Assembly (NCBI GenBank): GCA_964016885.1
Contig: OZ024740.1
Span: forward strand, 71,672,001 to 71,736,000
Reading direction: 5' to 3'
Source of the DNA: Eledone cirrhosa
Taxonomy: Eukaryota
DNA length: 64,000 nucleotides
The position numbers and the translations under genes were made by a program. Shown one piece after another: positions 1 through 18,960 of the stretch. Each line of letters begins with the position of its first letter. Within the stretch, counting starts at the first letter, position 1. A model generated the notes under the pieces. It was not told the DNA's origin. It saw only the letters and a list, made by a program, of their open reading frames with translations, and searched no databases.

Positions 1-5194
<5,194 letters not shown>

Positions 5195-5855
5195 TACGTG
5201 AACGGCAAAGCATAAACGAACTAAGGAAAAAATTAGAAATAAGAGGGATCAGATGTTGTTTGCTCGAGAGAAGGCTACGTTGGTATGGACACGTGATGCG
5301 CATGAAAGTCGATAGCTGTATAACAAAGTGCAGGGCAATAAAGATAGACAGTAGCCACGGAATAGGCAGACCTAGAAAAACCTGGGACAAGCTGATAAAC
5401 TCCGACCTCACACACTTACACCTCTCCAAGACAATTTCAGTGGATCGACACCTTTGGCGGTACTCAGTAATAGAGAAGACCCGCCTTACCTAAATACATA
5501 GTAAAACCTACTACAGTCAGTAGGCATCTCTAACAAAATACACCCCCGTCCCACCACCCCCTTCTATGTAAAGTTATGTTGGTGCCACACCATCCAGGCC
5601 GAAACAAATGAGATCGTGTAGGTGTCACGACAAAAAAACACTCAGTCCACGCTGTAATGTGGCCGTGTAGGCAACACGGTAAAAACCTCCCAGACCCACA
5701 CTGTAAATGTGGTTGGTGTTAGGAAGGGCATCCAGCTGTAGAAAACCCGCCAGACAGTCCTATGCGAGCAAGACAACCACTCTTGCTTCAAGTGGGAAAA
5801 CCCCCATCCAAACCCATGCAAGCGTGAAACATGGACGTTAAACGATGATGATGAT
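5195..5855 (+). mobile_element. Composite of an RTE LINE 3' end and an oppositely oriented SINE-like repeat
   Basis: [15 protein letters not shown]...GRPRKTW is a typical RTE C-terminus; followed by the abundant ggatgcccttcctaacaccaacc repeat family. Confidence 0.8.
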
Positions 5856-5966
5856 ACCAAACTTCCTGAAACCAGCCCCGATTCTACAATACAAAACTGT
5901 TTCTTTTAAAGTTTCATATCTATCTAAAATTTTTTCATCATAATTTTATGTAAGAATCTTTGTTAA

Positions 5967-7396
5967 CCCTTTAGCATTCACATTGAATTGTCAAATGTCA
6001 AGTTCATCTATTCGCATTATTTTCACTTAATTATACTCAAGAGGGTTATCAATTTTATTTGTTTGTAATTACTTTAATTTTCTATGTGCAGACTTGAAAT
6101 TTTGTCAGTAGATGTTTAAATAACTATAATTTACAATTATATATTTTTACCTGATTTTTTTTGTTAAATTAGACTTTTATGGGCAAGTGAAATTAATTAA
6201 CAGGTGTAAAAGTAATAACTTTATGGATAAACACAAAAATTTAAACTTTATCTGCCTTATCTGTTAGATTTGTTGCAAAAAAATCCAATAATGACCTAGA
6301 TGCTTATTTCCATCAATTCTAGCAGTTTTCTGAACAGGTGAATTAATTAAAAATGCAGGTGTAATCAGTACACGGTTTTAGTCTTTCTCTACATTCCAGG
6401 CAAATATTTTCATTGAAAAAAATGTATAAAACCTTTTCACCGGTCAAAATAATATTGGCAATGTACTCTGTAAATGTACGGTGTAAAATTACGTAATAGA
6501 AAGTTCCCAATATATAAGTTTATACACACTTTTAAATTTTTCTGACAATATTTCAATTAATGGTCGTACTTTGTACAGTGGGTCGTAATTTGATTCATTT
6601 CTACCAGGGGCATTTGAAGTATCAACCAGATGCAAATACTGGTTTAATTTAATGAATCTCGTTTTTGCCATAATACTAGATATATAAAGGTCACCAAACC
6701 TTATATCAGTACTCCAATAATTCCACAGTCGTGGAAATTGTTTAATACCAAACATAATATTTATGGTAAAAAACGCTTTCATTTCGGCAGAATCTGTCGG
6801 ACAACATAACAGATCGGGTTTTCCGATATTAGAAATTTGTTGTTGTGGTAAAAATAAAAAATAATAATCCAGTGCTTTAGCATCGGGTGGTAATGTGTGT
6901 TGTGGTCCAATATTTTCAGTAAAATCCGAAACATGTATCGATGTTTCTTTCAACCACGTTGCTATTTTTTCAATGGTGTCAGTCAAATCTTCTCTTTCAC
7001 TTTCAAAGTAACTATCATCATTATCAGATATATCAGAAATAAATATATCTGATTCGTTTGAAGATAAATCACTGATATTATCTTCTGTTTCTTTTTGATC
7101 TCGAATGTCGTCGGACGTAAAACCTTCAAATTCGTTGTCCCTACTTTCGGAAGCCATGTTACACTTTCAACGTTAAAAACACGTGTTATCGCAAGTTCTT
7201 TAACTATACTAAGAGTTAATTTTCGCGCGTAAGGGCTTTATCTCGCAGTAATCTCGAATTGACGAGATTTCGATGATGTCAATGTTTATTTTTAGAAGGA
7301 AATCTCCGTGTGGTATTAAATGTCGGTTTTTGTCGGTTTGAATAAATGAAAGGGGACATAATTTTGTCGGTTTTTGTCGCTTTGAACGCTAAAGGG
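5967..7396 (-). mobile_element. Internally deleted piggyBac transposon
   Basis: TTAA on both sides (5963-5966, 7397-7400); TIRs CCCTTTAGCATTCA / TGAACGCTAAAGGG; internal transposase remnant. Confidence 0.92.
6489..7157 (-). pseudogene. Truncated piggyBac (PGBD-like, DDE_Tnp_1_7) transposase, N-terminal half
   Basis: Acidic N-terminus, EMKAFF..NIMFGI, YWSTD, M..TRF..L..YLHL, DPLYKVRPLI; ends before the catalytic Asp residues. Confidence 0.88.
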
Positions 7397-8404
7397 TTAA
7401 GGAATGTTCCAATCACCAATTTAATGAGAAAGTTAGTTATATTACCAAATCCCTCTAATTTTTTTATTTTCAAAATTATTTGAAAATCATAGACAGAGTC
7501 ATTCACTAGAAATATGGTAATGAAAGCATTAAATGACCTTGTGTGTTAAGTAAATAACTGTTTTCTTTCTTTCATACCACACCACTCAAGGCTTTTGTTC
7601 ATTTAAACTAAATTCCAATGTTTTTCAGCAACTACAGCAATGAAATCGTTAAATGAGACTGAAAAATAATGTAAAAATATTTCACTCAAGAGGTGTCAGA
7701 AATAAGGTTAAAATTTTCAGTTTGATTTCTTTTATATATATATCATCATCATCATCATCATCACCATTTCATTTTACGTCCACTTTTCCCTGCTTGCAAG
7801 GGTGGGACGGGAACTGATTCTGGCTTGATTTCTACACCTGTATGCCCTTCCTAACACTAACCTCATTTACAGTGAGTGCTGGGTGCTTTTTTTGCCGTGG
7901 CACCTCCACGACCACTTTGCAGTGGAATGATAGGGACCCCAGTCCCTATCATCTCATTTCTACTCGGTCTGAGAATTGAACTCACAACCTTTCGATTGCA
8001 AGGCCAATTCTTTAACCACTAAGCCATGTGCCTCCATCTATATATATATATATCATCATCACCGTTTTACGTCCATTCTTCCACGCTAGCATGGGTTAGA
8101 CGGGTTGTGCTGTTGTGGGCAGTGCTCAGTCAGCTGACCATGTCTTGTTCAAACGGGAACTGATTCTGGCTTGATTTCTAGAGCTGGATGCTCTTCCTAA
8201 CACCAACCTCATTTACAGTGAGTGCTGGGTGCTTTTTTCCGTGGCGCCTACACATCCACTTTACAGTGAGCTGGGTGCTTTTTTGCCGTGGCACCTCCAC
8301 GACCACTTTGCAGTGGGAGCATATTGTATATATGCTTCACCTTCGGCTTGTACCTGTGGCAGGTCGGGTCTTCTGTATTACTGCAAGATGCCAGAGCTCA
8401 TCGC

Positions 8405-9722
8405 CTTTGAGAGGTGCAATTGGGTAAGATCGGCTTTTATCACCTCATCCTAGGTCTTCTTGAGTCTCCCCACTCCGCGGCTTCCGTCGACTTCTAGTGC
8501 TCTGCACCTTTTTATGCAGCTGTCATCCTTCATACACATCACATGTCCACACCAACGCAACCTCCTCTCCTGCACAGCATTTGATTCCTCTTATGCTTTG
8601 CCGCTTGCGTATATTACTATTACACATCCATCGGAGCATGCAGGCTTCGTTTCTTTCTAATCTACGTAAGTCTTCTACAGACAGCACCCAAGTCTCACTA
8701 CCATGTAACATTGCTGTTCGGATACACGCATCATACAGTCTGCCTTTCATTTTGAGGGGAAAAAAAGCCTTTTGCAGCTAGCAGTGGCTCCCTGAACTTC
8801 TTCCATCCCATTCTTACCCTCGTTATTGTACTTTCCGAACACCCACCACTGCTGCTAATTCAGTCACCTAGGTAGCAGAAGCTGTCTACTGTTTCTACAT
8901 AGCCCTCCCAGAGTTTGGTGGTGCTTGTTTCCTGTGGCTGTTTGTTGCATGCTGTCCCAGAGCAGCTGCTACATGTGAAGCCTACATTCTTAGTTAAGGT
9001 TCCTGAGATCCCACTACATCTCTCGTGTACCCATTGTTTGCATTTGGAGCAGAGGATGGAGTTCCTACCTACACCTTTCCTACACACTGAGCAAGGCCAT
9101 TTCCCTGAGTGGATCTGGGTTCTGTTTTCTCGTCTACTTTGTTAGGTTGACTTTGAGTCCCTTTCTTTCTAGTCCCTGCTTCCATGTTTGGAATTTGTTC
9201 TCTAGTTCTACCATAGATTCAGCTATAAGTGTGAGGTCATCTGCATACAGGAGTTCCCATGGGCATCCGGTCTTAAACTCCTGTTATTGCCTGCAAAACA
9301 TTGATGAACAGGACAGGGATAAGAACAGAGCCCTGGTGGACACCGACCTGTATGCTAAATTCCTCGCTATAGTCATTGCTAATCCTAACTTTGCTGACTG
9401 CTCCCCTATACATGGCTTGTACAGCTTTCACAAGCCATTCATCTACTCCTAGTTTTCTCAGAGCCAACCAGATTATAGCACGGGGGACTGTCAAAGGTTT
9501 TCTCCAGATCGACGAATTCCAGGTAGAGAGGCTTACTTTTAGTTAGGTACCTTTCCTGTAACTGCTTAACAAGGAAGAGGGCATCAGTGGTGCCTTTTCC
9601 TGGCACAAACCCAAATTGCATCTCATCTAGTTTCACCTGGTCATCTAGTTTCACCTGGTCCCTAATGAACTGGGCTACAACTCTTTCTGTTACTTTTATG
9701 ACCTGGTCCATCAGCTTCATAC
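8405..9722 (-). mobile_element. Degraded RTE-clade LINE (reverse transcriptase region)
   Basis: Frameshifted pieces: QFGFVPGKGTTDA, FVDLEKTFD, VGVHQGSVL, LLYADDL, FCYLGD, MLHGSETW. Confidence 0.9.
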
Positions 9723-9723
9723 C

Positions 9724-9767
<44 letters not shown>

Positions 9768-9791
9768 CAGATTAAAGTTTAAGCAAAGAAT

Positions 9792-9844
<53 letters not shown>

Positions 9845-10153
9845 ACATTGTTTGAAAACATTTTGTTTGTATTTTTACCAAGTCTGAGCTACAAACAAAC
9901 ATTAACCCTTTAGATACTAAACCACCCCTGGTTCTACAATACATACCAAACCACTTGAAGCCATCCCTGGGTCTATAATACAAAACTGTATATTTTAAAG
10001 TGCCATTATAATTTTATGCAAGAATCTTTAAGTTATGTTCCAAACACTAGGTAAATGAGAAAGTTAGTTATATTACTAAACCCCTCAAAATTATTGATTA
10101 TTTTCAATATTATTTGAAAATCATAGGCTGTGTTATAAATTATAACTTCACAC

Positions 10154-10177
10154 CTCTGCCAAATCATTTCCTCCTGG
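10154..10177 (-). CDS. TEX10: Candidate 24-nt in-frame microexon of TEX10 (PGGNDLAE)
   Basis: tttttgtttttatgtcttAG|CCAGGAGGAAATGATTTGGCAGAG|GTgtga; phase 0/0 matches the preceding exon. No homology support. Confidence 0.45.
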
Positions 10178-10433
10178 CTAAGACATAAAAACAAAAATTG
10201 CATATTGAATTTCTCAACTTAAGAGAAAAGGAGATGTGTGTTTGTGGATGGTTTGTGTGTCTGCATGCCTAATGTATGTGTGTACATGTGTGCTCAATTT
10301 GTGCCTGTGTGCCCAATGTATATGTGCACATGTGTATGTTCAATGTGAGTGTGTGTGCATGTGATAAACAGTTATAAATACAAAAACAACCCTATCTGAT
10401 CTGTCAATTTACTGCCTATAAATGATTACTTAC

Positions 10434-10543
10434 CATTTCTATATTATCCAATTGTTTAGTTAAGTTAATATATTGACATATCAGTTTTAATAATTCAGCC
10501 AGTGTAGCCAGCACTGGCAGCGACTCAATAGAAACAGGAGCCT
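10434..10543 (-). CDS. TEX10: TEX10 coding exon 4 (EAPVSIESLPVL...DNIEM)
   Basis: tttcAG acceptor and GTAAGT donor; phase 1 start completes GAG from the previous exon. Confidence 0.85.
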
Positions 10544-11355
10544 CTGAAATAGGAATAAAAACAGCATAAATATATTTGAGGAACTGTGATAGGAAGGTCT
10601 TCACTGGTAACAATCAGTCAATAAAACAGGTAAGTTCAATAAAAATAACACCAACAAAGAAAAGTTCTGGTGCCAAAAAGCCACAAGTCCATCTGTAAGG
10701 AGGTAATGTTGATGACACAACAAAAAACACGCAGTCTACTCTGTAAGGTGGTAGTATTGGTGCCACGACAAAAAGCTCCCAGACCACTCTGTAAGGTGGT
10801 CATGCCAGTGCTATGACAAAAAGCACCCAGTACACGCTGTAAGATGGTTGGCACGAGGAAGAGCATCCAGCTGTAGAAAACCAATCCCATGCAAGCATGG
10901 AAAATAGATGTTAGATGATGACAATGAACCTTTTATGTTATGTTACAAATAATAATGAAATAATCAATAACTTTAGTAAATGATATCATGACTTATAAGA
11001 ATGTAATCCAAGATACACAAAGATAGAACACAAGACAATCCACAGCACTCCCTCTTCAGTAACAATGATATCATTTTTAAATAAAACTTTAGTCACCGAC
11101 TAAATTTTATTTTAGTTATATCAATGTTATGATTTTACCAAAAATCCTAAATGTTTAACTCTTCTGATACCAAAATATCTGAAAGCACTCCTGGTTCTAT
11201 GATATAAAGATGTCTATTTTAAAATATCTTGTACGTTTCAATAACGTTTTGCTAATAAGGTTTCACAAGGTACAGGATGTTAAGAGTTAATTAGAAATAT
11301 GGCAATTAAAGCGCTGAAGAAATAAACAATGACATTGGAAAAGAGTAATACATAC

Positions 11356-11474
11356 CACCGCCACGGGCCATTTTTATTTCTGGACAACATTCTACCCAGC
11401 ATTCCAGAATCAGTGGAATCAAGGTTCTGATGAAATGTTGGACATAAGTTTTATCCTTTAGCAGATGACGACCA
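11356..11474 (-). CDS. TEX10: TEX10 coding exon 3 (GRHLLKDK...LIPLILECWVE)
   Basis: ctgtAG acceptor and GTATGT donor; phase 2 start compatible; IPLxxECWVE motif recalled from TEX10. Confidence 0.9.
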
Positions 11475-11529
11475 CTACAGAAGAAAAGGAAAACACCAAA
11501 ACAATACATTAAATATATATATCATCATC

Positions 11530-12424
11530 ATCATCATCGTTTAACGTCCATGTTCCACGCTTGCATGGGTTTGGACGGGGGTTTTCCCACTTGAGGCAAG
11601 AGTGGTTGTCTTGCTCGCATAGGACTGTCTGGCGGGTTTTCTACAGCTGGATGCCCTTCCTAACACCAACCACATTTACAGTGTGGGGCTGGGAGGTTTT
11701 TACCGTGTTGCCTACACGGCCACATTACAGCATGGACTGTCTGGCGTGTTTTCTACAGCTGGATGCCCTTCCTAACACCAACCACATTTACAGTGTGGGG
11801 CTGGGAGGTTTTTACCGTGTTGCCTAGACAGCCACATTACAGCGTGGACTGACTGGCGTGTTTTCTACGGCTGGATGCCCTTCCTAACACCAACCACATT
11901 TACAGTGTGGGACTGGGAGGTTTTTACCGTGTTGCCTACACGGCCACATTACAGCGTAGACTGTGTTTTTTTTGTCGTGACACCTACACGACCTCATTTG
12001 TTTCGGCCTGGATGTTGTGGCACCAACATAACTTTGCATTGAAAGGGGCGGTGTGGATGGGGTGGGGGGACGGGGGTGTATTTTGTTAGAGATGCCTACT
12101 GACTGTAGTAGGTTTTACTTTGTATTTAGGTAAGGCGGGTCTTCTCTGTTACTGAGTACCGCCAAAGGTCTCGGTCCAGTGACATTGTCTTGGAGAGGTG
12201 TAAGTGTGTGAGGTCGGAATTTATCAGCTCGTCCCAGGTTTTTCTGGGTCTGCCTTCTCCGTGGCTACCATCTATCTTTATTGCCCTGCACTTTGTTATA
12301 CAGCTGTCATCTTTCATGCGCATCACGTGACCATACCAACGTAGCCTTCTCTCGAGTAAACAACATATGATCCCTCTTATTTCTAATTTTTTTCCTTAGT
12401 TCGTTTATGCTTTGCCGTTCACGT
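11530..12424 (-). mobile_element. Second copy of the RTE-tail/SINE composite with an internally triplicated ~110 bp segment
   Basis: Near reverse complement of 5195-5855. Confidence 0.82.
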
Positions 12425-13639
12425 ATATTATGGGTGTGTGTCATCAGTTTTATATGACTGCATTTGTTATATATATATATAGGGCATCCAGCCATAAACA
12501 GTCCTATATGAGCAAGACACAGTCACCTGACCCAACTTGCCTCTAATGGGACAACCCATCTAACCCATACTAGCATGGAAAATAGATGTTAACAATGATG
12601 ATATATATATATAAAACAGAAATGGTTTTGTATGAGCAAGACACGGTCACCAGATCTGACTTGTCTCACAACGGGAAAAATCGTCTAACCCATGCTAGCA
12701 TGGAAAATGGATGTTAAATGGTAACGATGATATATCATCATCATAATCATTTAACGTGCACTTTCCATGCAACCAAGGGTTAGACAGGTCTTCACTGACC
12801 TTCCAGACAGGCTGGGGGTTTGCATCTCACTTAAAGACAGTTCCATATTTTACCAAGTGCATTTTATCATGGAACTAACACTAGAGAGGTTGTCATGTCT
12901 TTGACACAATTGGAAGGTCCTACCAAGCTTTCTATGACTGGATACTCTTCCTATCAACAGCCACTTTACATAGTGTACTGCATGCTTTTATCGTGTTGAT
13001 CACCAACACTAAGGAGGTTGTCATGTATTCAACACAAGTTGAAGGTTCTCAATCATAATCATTTAACATTTGTCTTTACTGCTACGACTCAAGATAGGCT
13101 TGGGGCCTGCAACTCATGTTCCCTCACTCTACCATGTGCTTGAACAGGCCAGGAGGAAACCCGCATTGCACTTACATGTGTCACTGCATCCTACCTAGTG
13201 CATTTTATCATGGCATCAGCACTAAGAAGATTGTTATGTCTACACAAAGAGTCCTCCTGCCCTTTCCTTGGCATGTATTTTACAGCTGAATGCCTTTCTT
13301 ATCAGCAACCACTCTACAGAGTGTACTGGGTGTGTTTATTATGTCTATCCCAACACTAGGGAGATTGTCATGTCCTTAACACAGATGAAGAGTTCTCCCA
13401 AACATATATATATAAAATAGTGGGTCTGTTTTGCCAGCCAGAAAATTTGCCCAAAACATGACCAGCATCAATGTATGTGTATATGTAAGTATGTATATAC
13501 ACACATATGGCTCTTTGCTTTCATTATATAATAAATATGTGTGTGTGTTTATGTTTACTGTTTATGTCCAGTAACCTAGTTATTCAACAAATATAGATTT
13601 ATAAACAAGCATCAAACTATGAGAAAAGAAACAGTACTG

Positions 13640-13960
13640 AGATCAATATGGTTGGCTAAACCCTTTTAAGACAGTGCCCCAGTATGGAAACCAGTAAAAA
13701 AAGGTCAGCACCCCAATATGGTTGCAGTCTAATGACTGACACCAGTAACAGGTAGCGTGGTTCCCCAGCATCATTGCAAACTAATGAGTGAAGACAGAAA
13801 AAGAAGGTAGTTGCTCAGTATGGTTGTAATCTGATGACTGAAACAAGTAAAAGAAATCAGTGCTCCAGCATGGCCACAGTTTAATGACTGAAACCAGTAA
13901 AAGAAGTCAGTGCCCCAGCATGGCCACAATCTAATGACTGAAACCAGTGCCCCAGCATCT
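13640..13960 (+). repeat. Tandem ~50 bp SINE-tail-like units (gtgccccagcatggccacagt..aatgactgaaaccagtaaaaga)
   Basis: About five degenerate copies; two more at 14735-14818. Confidence 0.7.
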
Positions 13961-14903
13961 TCTTCTAGAGTCATCCCTTCATCGAAGGTGAAGCATTCGT
14001 TTTGTTTGAATATATGCAGCTTGCCACACCTACCTATTCATAGATTTCTCCGCTAACTGGAGCAGTTGTGCCAACCCATTGTCAGATTAATAGTCGATCA
14101 TCTTCAAAGTCACTAGTGTTCACAATGCCGAGGTCATCTAATTAAACTGATGATCGTCACATAAGCTTCTGCTTACTATAAGAAAAGCAGGATTTTTATT
14201 GAGGCTTACACCTCTAGACACAACCTGTTCTGCTAGACTATCCTATGAAAGCCATATCAAGGGCACCTCGTGTAGGATGTGGCTTTTCACTACACAGGTC
14301 AGTCTTCGAACTGAGAGGCTAGGTACTCAGCTTAAATGAGTATATATTGCACGTCATCAGTTCACTCAGTGGTATGTTGAACAGACACTGTAACACACAG
14401 GGATGCCACAAATGACCATCCAGTGAAATATTCTACACGCTTAGATTAACATATACATATGTGCACACTATTGGATAGCCGTTGACTCATGAATTCTCCG
14501 CCCTTTGTCAGGTTTTGTTTTTTATCCTGCGGGGTGTCCAAAATCACCAATCTCCCCAAGCAAACTTGGTGGGGTTGCTGGTTGAGTCACCAACAACCCA
14601 ACCCATGTGCCAGGTTGTACTGGGTTACCAATACCACAGATCCCCAACAGTGGGGAGATTGTCATGCCCTTAACACAGATGAAGAGTTCTCCCAAACATA
14701 ACAGTGGGTCTGTGTATAGCCAGCCAGAAAATTAGTTGCAATCTAATGACTGAAACCAGTAAAAGAAAGCAGCGTCCCAGCATGGCTGTTGTCAAATGAC
14801 TGAAACCAGTAAAAGAATAATCACTTAAGATATTTTAAAAACAAGATTAGTTAATCGTTTACTTTCAACAACTGACAGTGTGAAATGAAAGACATTTCCT
14901 TAC

Positions 14904-15655
14904 CTTGAATTAGTAGTTTTTCTAACTTTATAGAGCTCATTCAGTTGAAGAATAACACGTTGATCCTCTTCATAGTCTGTCCACTGAATAACAACACCAT
15001 TCTTATTTGAATTAGGATGGATTCCATTAGCTGTTAAACTGTTCGATACTGAGCCATTAAGTCCAGATATTGCAAGGTTATCTTCTTCTGCTATTATTAA
15101 TTCTAACATTTTAGAAATACGCTGCAGAACTCCCAGTCTCCATTTAATGGAAGATAACTTACTGTTTGGATCAACATTTAGAGTACGGATCGATTTAGAA
15201 TCCATGAAATTGTTCTTAGATAATTTACCTATAATCTTTTTACCATGGGACTGGCGTATCAATGAGATCTGTTGTAGAAAATTTGGTAACAACTGGCAGG
15301 AGTTTTGGATAAGCTGCTTTGGATAATGATGAAGGAGCAGATCAAGAATAGACAAAGAGTGCTGTTGCCGAGCCTCATCAATGTGAGTCATGGCACAACA
15401 GAGGTGGGCACTTAGAATAGGAAAGAAAGGGCTGAGCACGTTTTCACTGACAAATGGTAGAATGGACTTTAGCAGTTGTAAGTTGGCCTGGCGGACATTG
15501 CTCTCTTTGTCAATGAATAGTTCGGCTATCTTCTGCATAATCTGCGATAGGTTCTCAGACAAAAGTTCAGGATAGTCAATCAACAATTCCCGTAAACCGT
15601 TCACACCATCCCTGCGGATTGTGGAGTTGTAATGCTGACACTGGCTCATCAAATC
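14904..15655 (-). CDS. TEX10: TEX10 coding exon 2 (Ipi1_N / HEAT-like region)
   Basis: tgcAG|GAT acceptor and GTAAGG donor; DLMSQCQHYN...GLRELL, SAHLCCAMTHI, SLSILDLLL match TEX10/Ipi1 as recalled. Confidence 0.95.
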
Positions 15656-17333
15656 CTGCAGTAAAATAAAAAAAAATAAAAATATTTAAGTTTTGTTTTG
15701 AAACACTGGTACAGTCATTGTGCATCCAGCTGTAAGAAATCAAGCCCGAAACAGATATGTATGATTTAGACAGGGTCATCTGACCTGACTAGTCTTATGC
15801 CTTGACAATCTGTCTAAACCATGCAAGTATGGAAAATGGATTTTAAATGATGATGACATTATAGACTGACTTTATAAATAGATATGAGTCCTTCATTTAG
15901 ATTCTCTATAACTATATTCCATAGTTGAGATATTTAAGTAGATACAACAAAAAGAAAATTTAATGAGCCATAAACAAAACCAATCCATCATCATTTAACT
16001 TCAATTTTTCCACACTTGGATAGACAGAGACCACGTCATGCTCATACAGATCTGAATTTTGGTTTGGTTTCAACAGCTGGGTGTCCTTTTTAACACCAAC
16101 CATATGGGTGCATTTTATCGTGACACTGAAACAACCGTCTAACAGGGTGGATTGAGTGCTTTTTATCATGTCACCAGCACAACCACCTTACAGGATAGAC
16201 TGGATGCTTTTGTTGTAGTGACACCAAATCAGCATCATGCAATGATAATATTTAACCCTTTTGATACCAAACCGCCGGAAACTGCCCCTAGTTTTATGAT
16301 ACAAAACTGTTTACTTTAAAGTGTTTATATTTATTAAAAAAACTTTGATTATAGTATCATGTAAGAACCTTTATTATGTTATGTTCCAAACAACTTAATA
16401 ATAAGAAAATTATATTACTAAATCCCTCTACCTTCTTGATTATTTTCAAAAAGATTTGATAATTTCTAGGCAGTGTCTTTCATTAGGAATATGTTAAGAA
16501 AAGGTTTAATAGAACAAGTTAACAGATGTTTTGGCAACTTTAAAGCTGCTGCTGCTACATGGAATGGCAAGTGGTTTACTAATTCCAGCCAGGTGGACCA
16601 AGCCATTTCAGTGTTATGATACCACACCCTCAACCGGTTCTGTAGTGCCCATGCAGCCATCCTGACCTTCATAGATGTGTTTTGTTTATTCCTTCTACTA
16701 TTCATTTAAGTAACACTCATTAATACAAGTCTTTTAAGAACATTATCCCTGCTAGAATAGGGGCTAGCTTTGTGAACCCCATCACAGGCACATTTAATTT
16801 GCCTTATCTTCTGTATCCCCACTCACCAACACTCTGGTTTTCATTTCCTTCTCAATCATCTTTAGCCATTTTTTTCTTAGACTTTCCCTTCCTCTACATC
16901 ATTCCACATTCATTTTCATCATCAGTTCACTCAGTCACTAAACACATGACGCAAACATTTCATTCCATTTCTCTTCACAACATTCATCACTGGTTCTATT
17001 CCCATCATCATCTGCAATTCATTGTTTTCATCTCTCTCATGCACCAGCCCATTCTCATTTCTGATCTTCCCAGCCTTCTCTGATGCTTTATGTTCATCAT
17101 CCATATCTTTCGCTCCCATAAATCATGGCACTTTTCACAAAGCAGCATACACCTTTCTCTTCAGTTTCAGTAACACTCTCTTCCTCATTAGTACACCACT
17201 CAGTTCCTGGAACTTCTTCCATGTGCACCTCACTCTAGATACAATCACCAAGTCACCTTCTCCATCTAGCATGTCTCATGATTGAGAAAATAAAACTGAC
17301 ACAATAGAGGAATTCAAAGAAATATTATATTAC

Positions 17334-17528
17334 CTTAATACTTAGGTTGCGTTTTGTAGTTGGTAAAGATGGATCTTTGGTACGTATATGTTGCAACACT
17401 TGAATAGTTTTGGTTTTAAAACTGGTGTCTGTAAAATTATCCTTTTTAGGCAGCTTTTTGCCAACTTTAACTTTTCTTTTTTTGAAATCTTCATTTTTAT
17501 TCCGTGTTTTCTGTTTTGGTTTACCCAT
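17334..17528 (-). CDS. TEX10: TEX10 first coding exon (MGKPK...NLSIK), Rix1/5FMC pre-60S processing component
   Basis: DFKKRKVKVGKKLPKKDNFTDTSFKTKTI is the conserved TEX10/Ipi1 N-terminus; acceptor AG 2 nt upstream of ATG; AAG|GTAATA donor, phase 0. Confidence 0.95.
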
Positions 17529-18629
17529 GTCTGGAATATAACATATTCACAATTTTAGTTTAATTCCTAACGTTCTGTACGGCATGAAACCATATTAGCA
17601 AAATAGCATTGAAAAATGCAGAACAGCACTATGACTGCATTACATAAAAGATTAAAGTCTTTACTTTAACACTGCAAATTTTCACAACAATCTGTCCACT
17701 AATAAAGATACTATAAACATTTGAATTAAATCCCTTGAAACCACATTAGCAGGACATTCGTGTTAAGTACAAAACAGCATTATGACCATCACATTAAAGA
17801 TTAAAGACTTTACTCTAATACAGCAAAATTTCACAATGATCTGTCCACTAGTAAACATACTATAAATATTTGAAATAACAGATCCTCTTTATAGATATTA
17901 CAGATGTTAAAAATTAACATTGTTCAATTATTAAAACACCTTCCTTTATTCAAACCTTTGTTATCAAACCACCTGAATCTGGCTCATGTTTTAAGGAAAG
18001 CTAAACATGATTGGATGAAAGAAGATGGGAAAGTGGAAGGAAGTAGAGGAAGGAGAAGACTATGAAAGACATCATCATGGGTCAAACAAGTTGTTATGAT
18101 CTGAGACCCGACAGCTTATTACATTCCATATACAGCATGGTTTCTACGGTTGGATGCCCTTCCTAATGCCAACCACTCTAGGGGATTTGCTGGGTGCATT
18201 TTATCAGGGTACCAGCAATAGAAAGGTTATCACATGCTAGGCCAAACTGAAGAGTCCTCACCAATCCTATATAGTTCTCATTTGATTTCTATTGCCAAAC
18301 ACTGTAGACTCCAGTTTCTTGCTACATTTATTATATTTAGTGTTAAGGAAATGAAAGCCAGGGGTTTACTGAGGATAAGGCAAAATGGAGAAGCTTGTCA
18401 TGGGGCCCATTCAGATTGTTTCAGTGTGTGACATGGCTGATCCTTTGAATTTTAGGTACCGGCTATCCAACAGACTTCCAAACAGTTTCCCATCTACCAA
18501 ATTTTACTCACAAAATTTGGAATGATTCGACACTATGGTAAATGACACTTCTCCACTATGACTCTCAGTGGGATTGAACCTGGGACATGTTGGCAAGATG
18601 AACTTAACCACCAGGCTATTTTGTACCCA

Positions 18630-18960
18630 CTCACTCAACCATCCGGCCATGTTGTGTCCTTGTAGCCATCTGGCCATGTGTCATGTAACCATATGGCCAT
18701 GTAAGCAACTGGCCATGTGTCCATGTAACCATCTGGCCATATTGTGTCCACGTAACTATCTGGCCATGTGTCCATGTAACCATCCGGCCATGTGTCCATG
18801 TAACCATCTGGCCATGTGTCCATGTAACCATCTGGCCATGTGTCCATGTAACCATCTGGCCATGTGTCCATGTAACCATCTGGCCATGTGTCCATGTAAC
18901 CATCTGGCCATGTGTCCATGTAACCATCTGGCCATGTTGTGTCCACGTAACCACCTGATC
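18630..18960. repeat. 24-bp minisatellite (gtaaccatctggccatgtgtccat)n
   Basis: About 13 units, perfect in the centre and degenerate at the flanks. Confidence 0.95.

Noticed and set aside
7560-7660. Acceptor-like tttttcAG on the minus strand
   Set aside because: Stops in all three frames shortly downstream.
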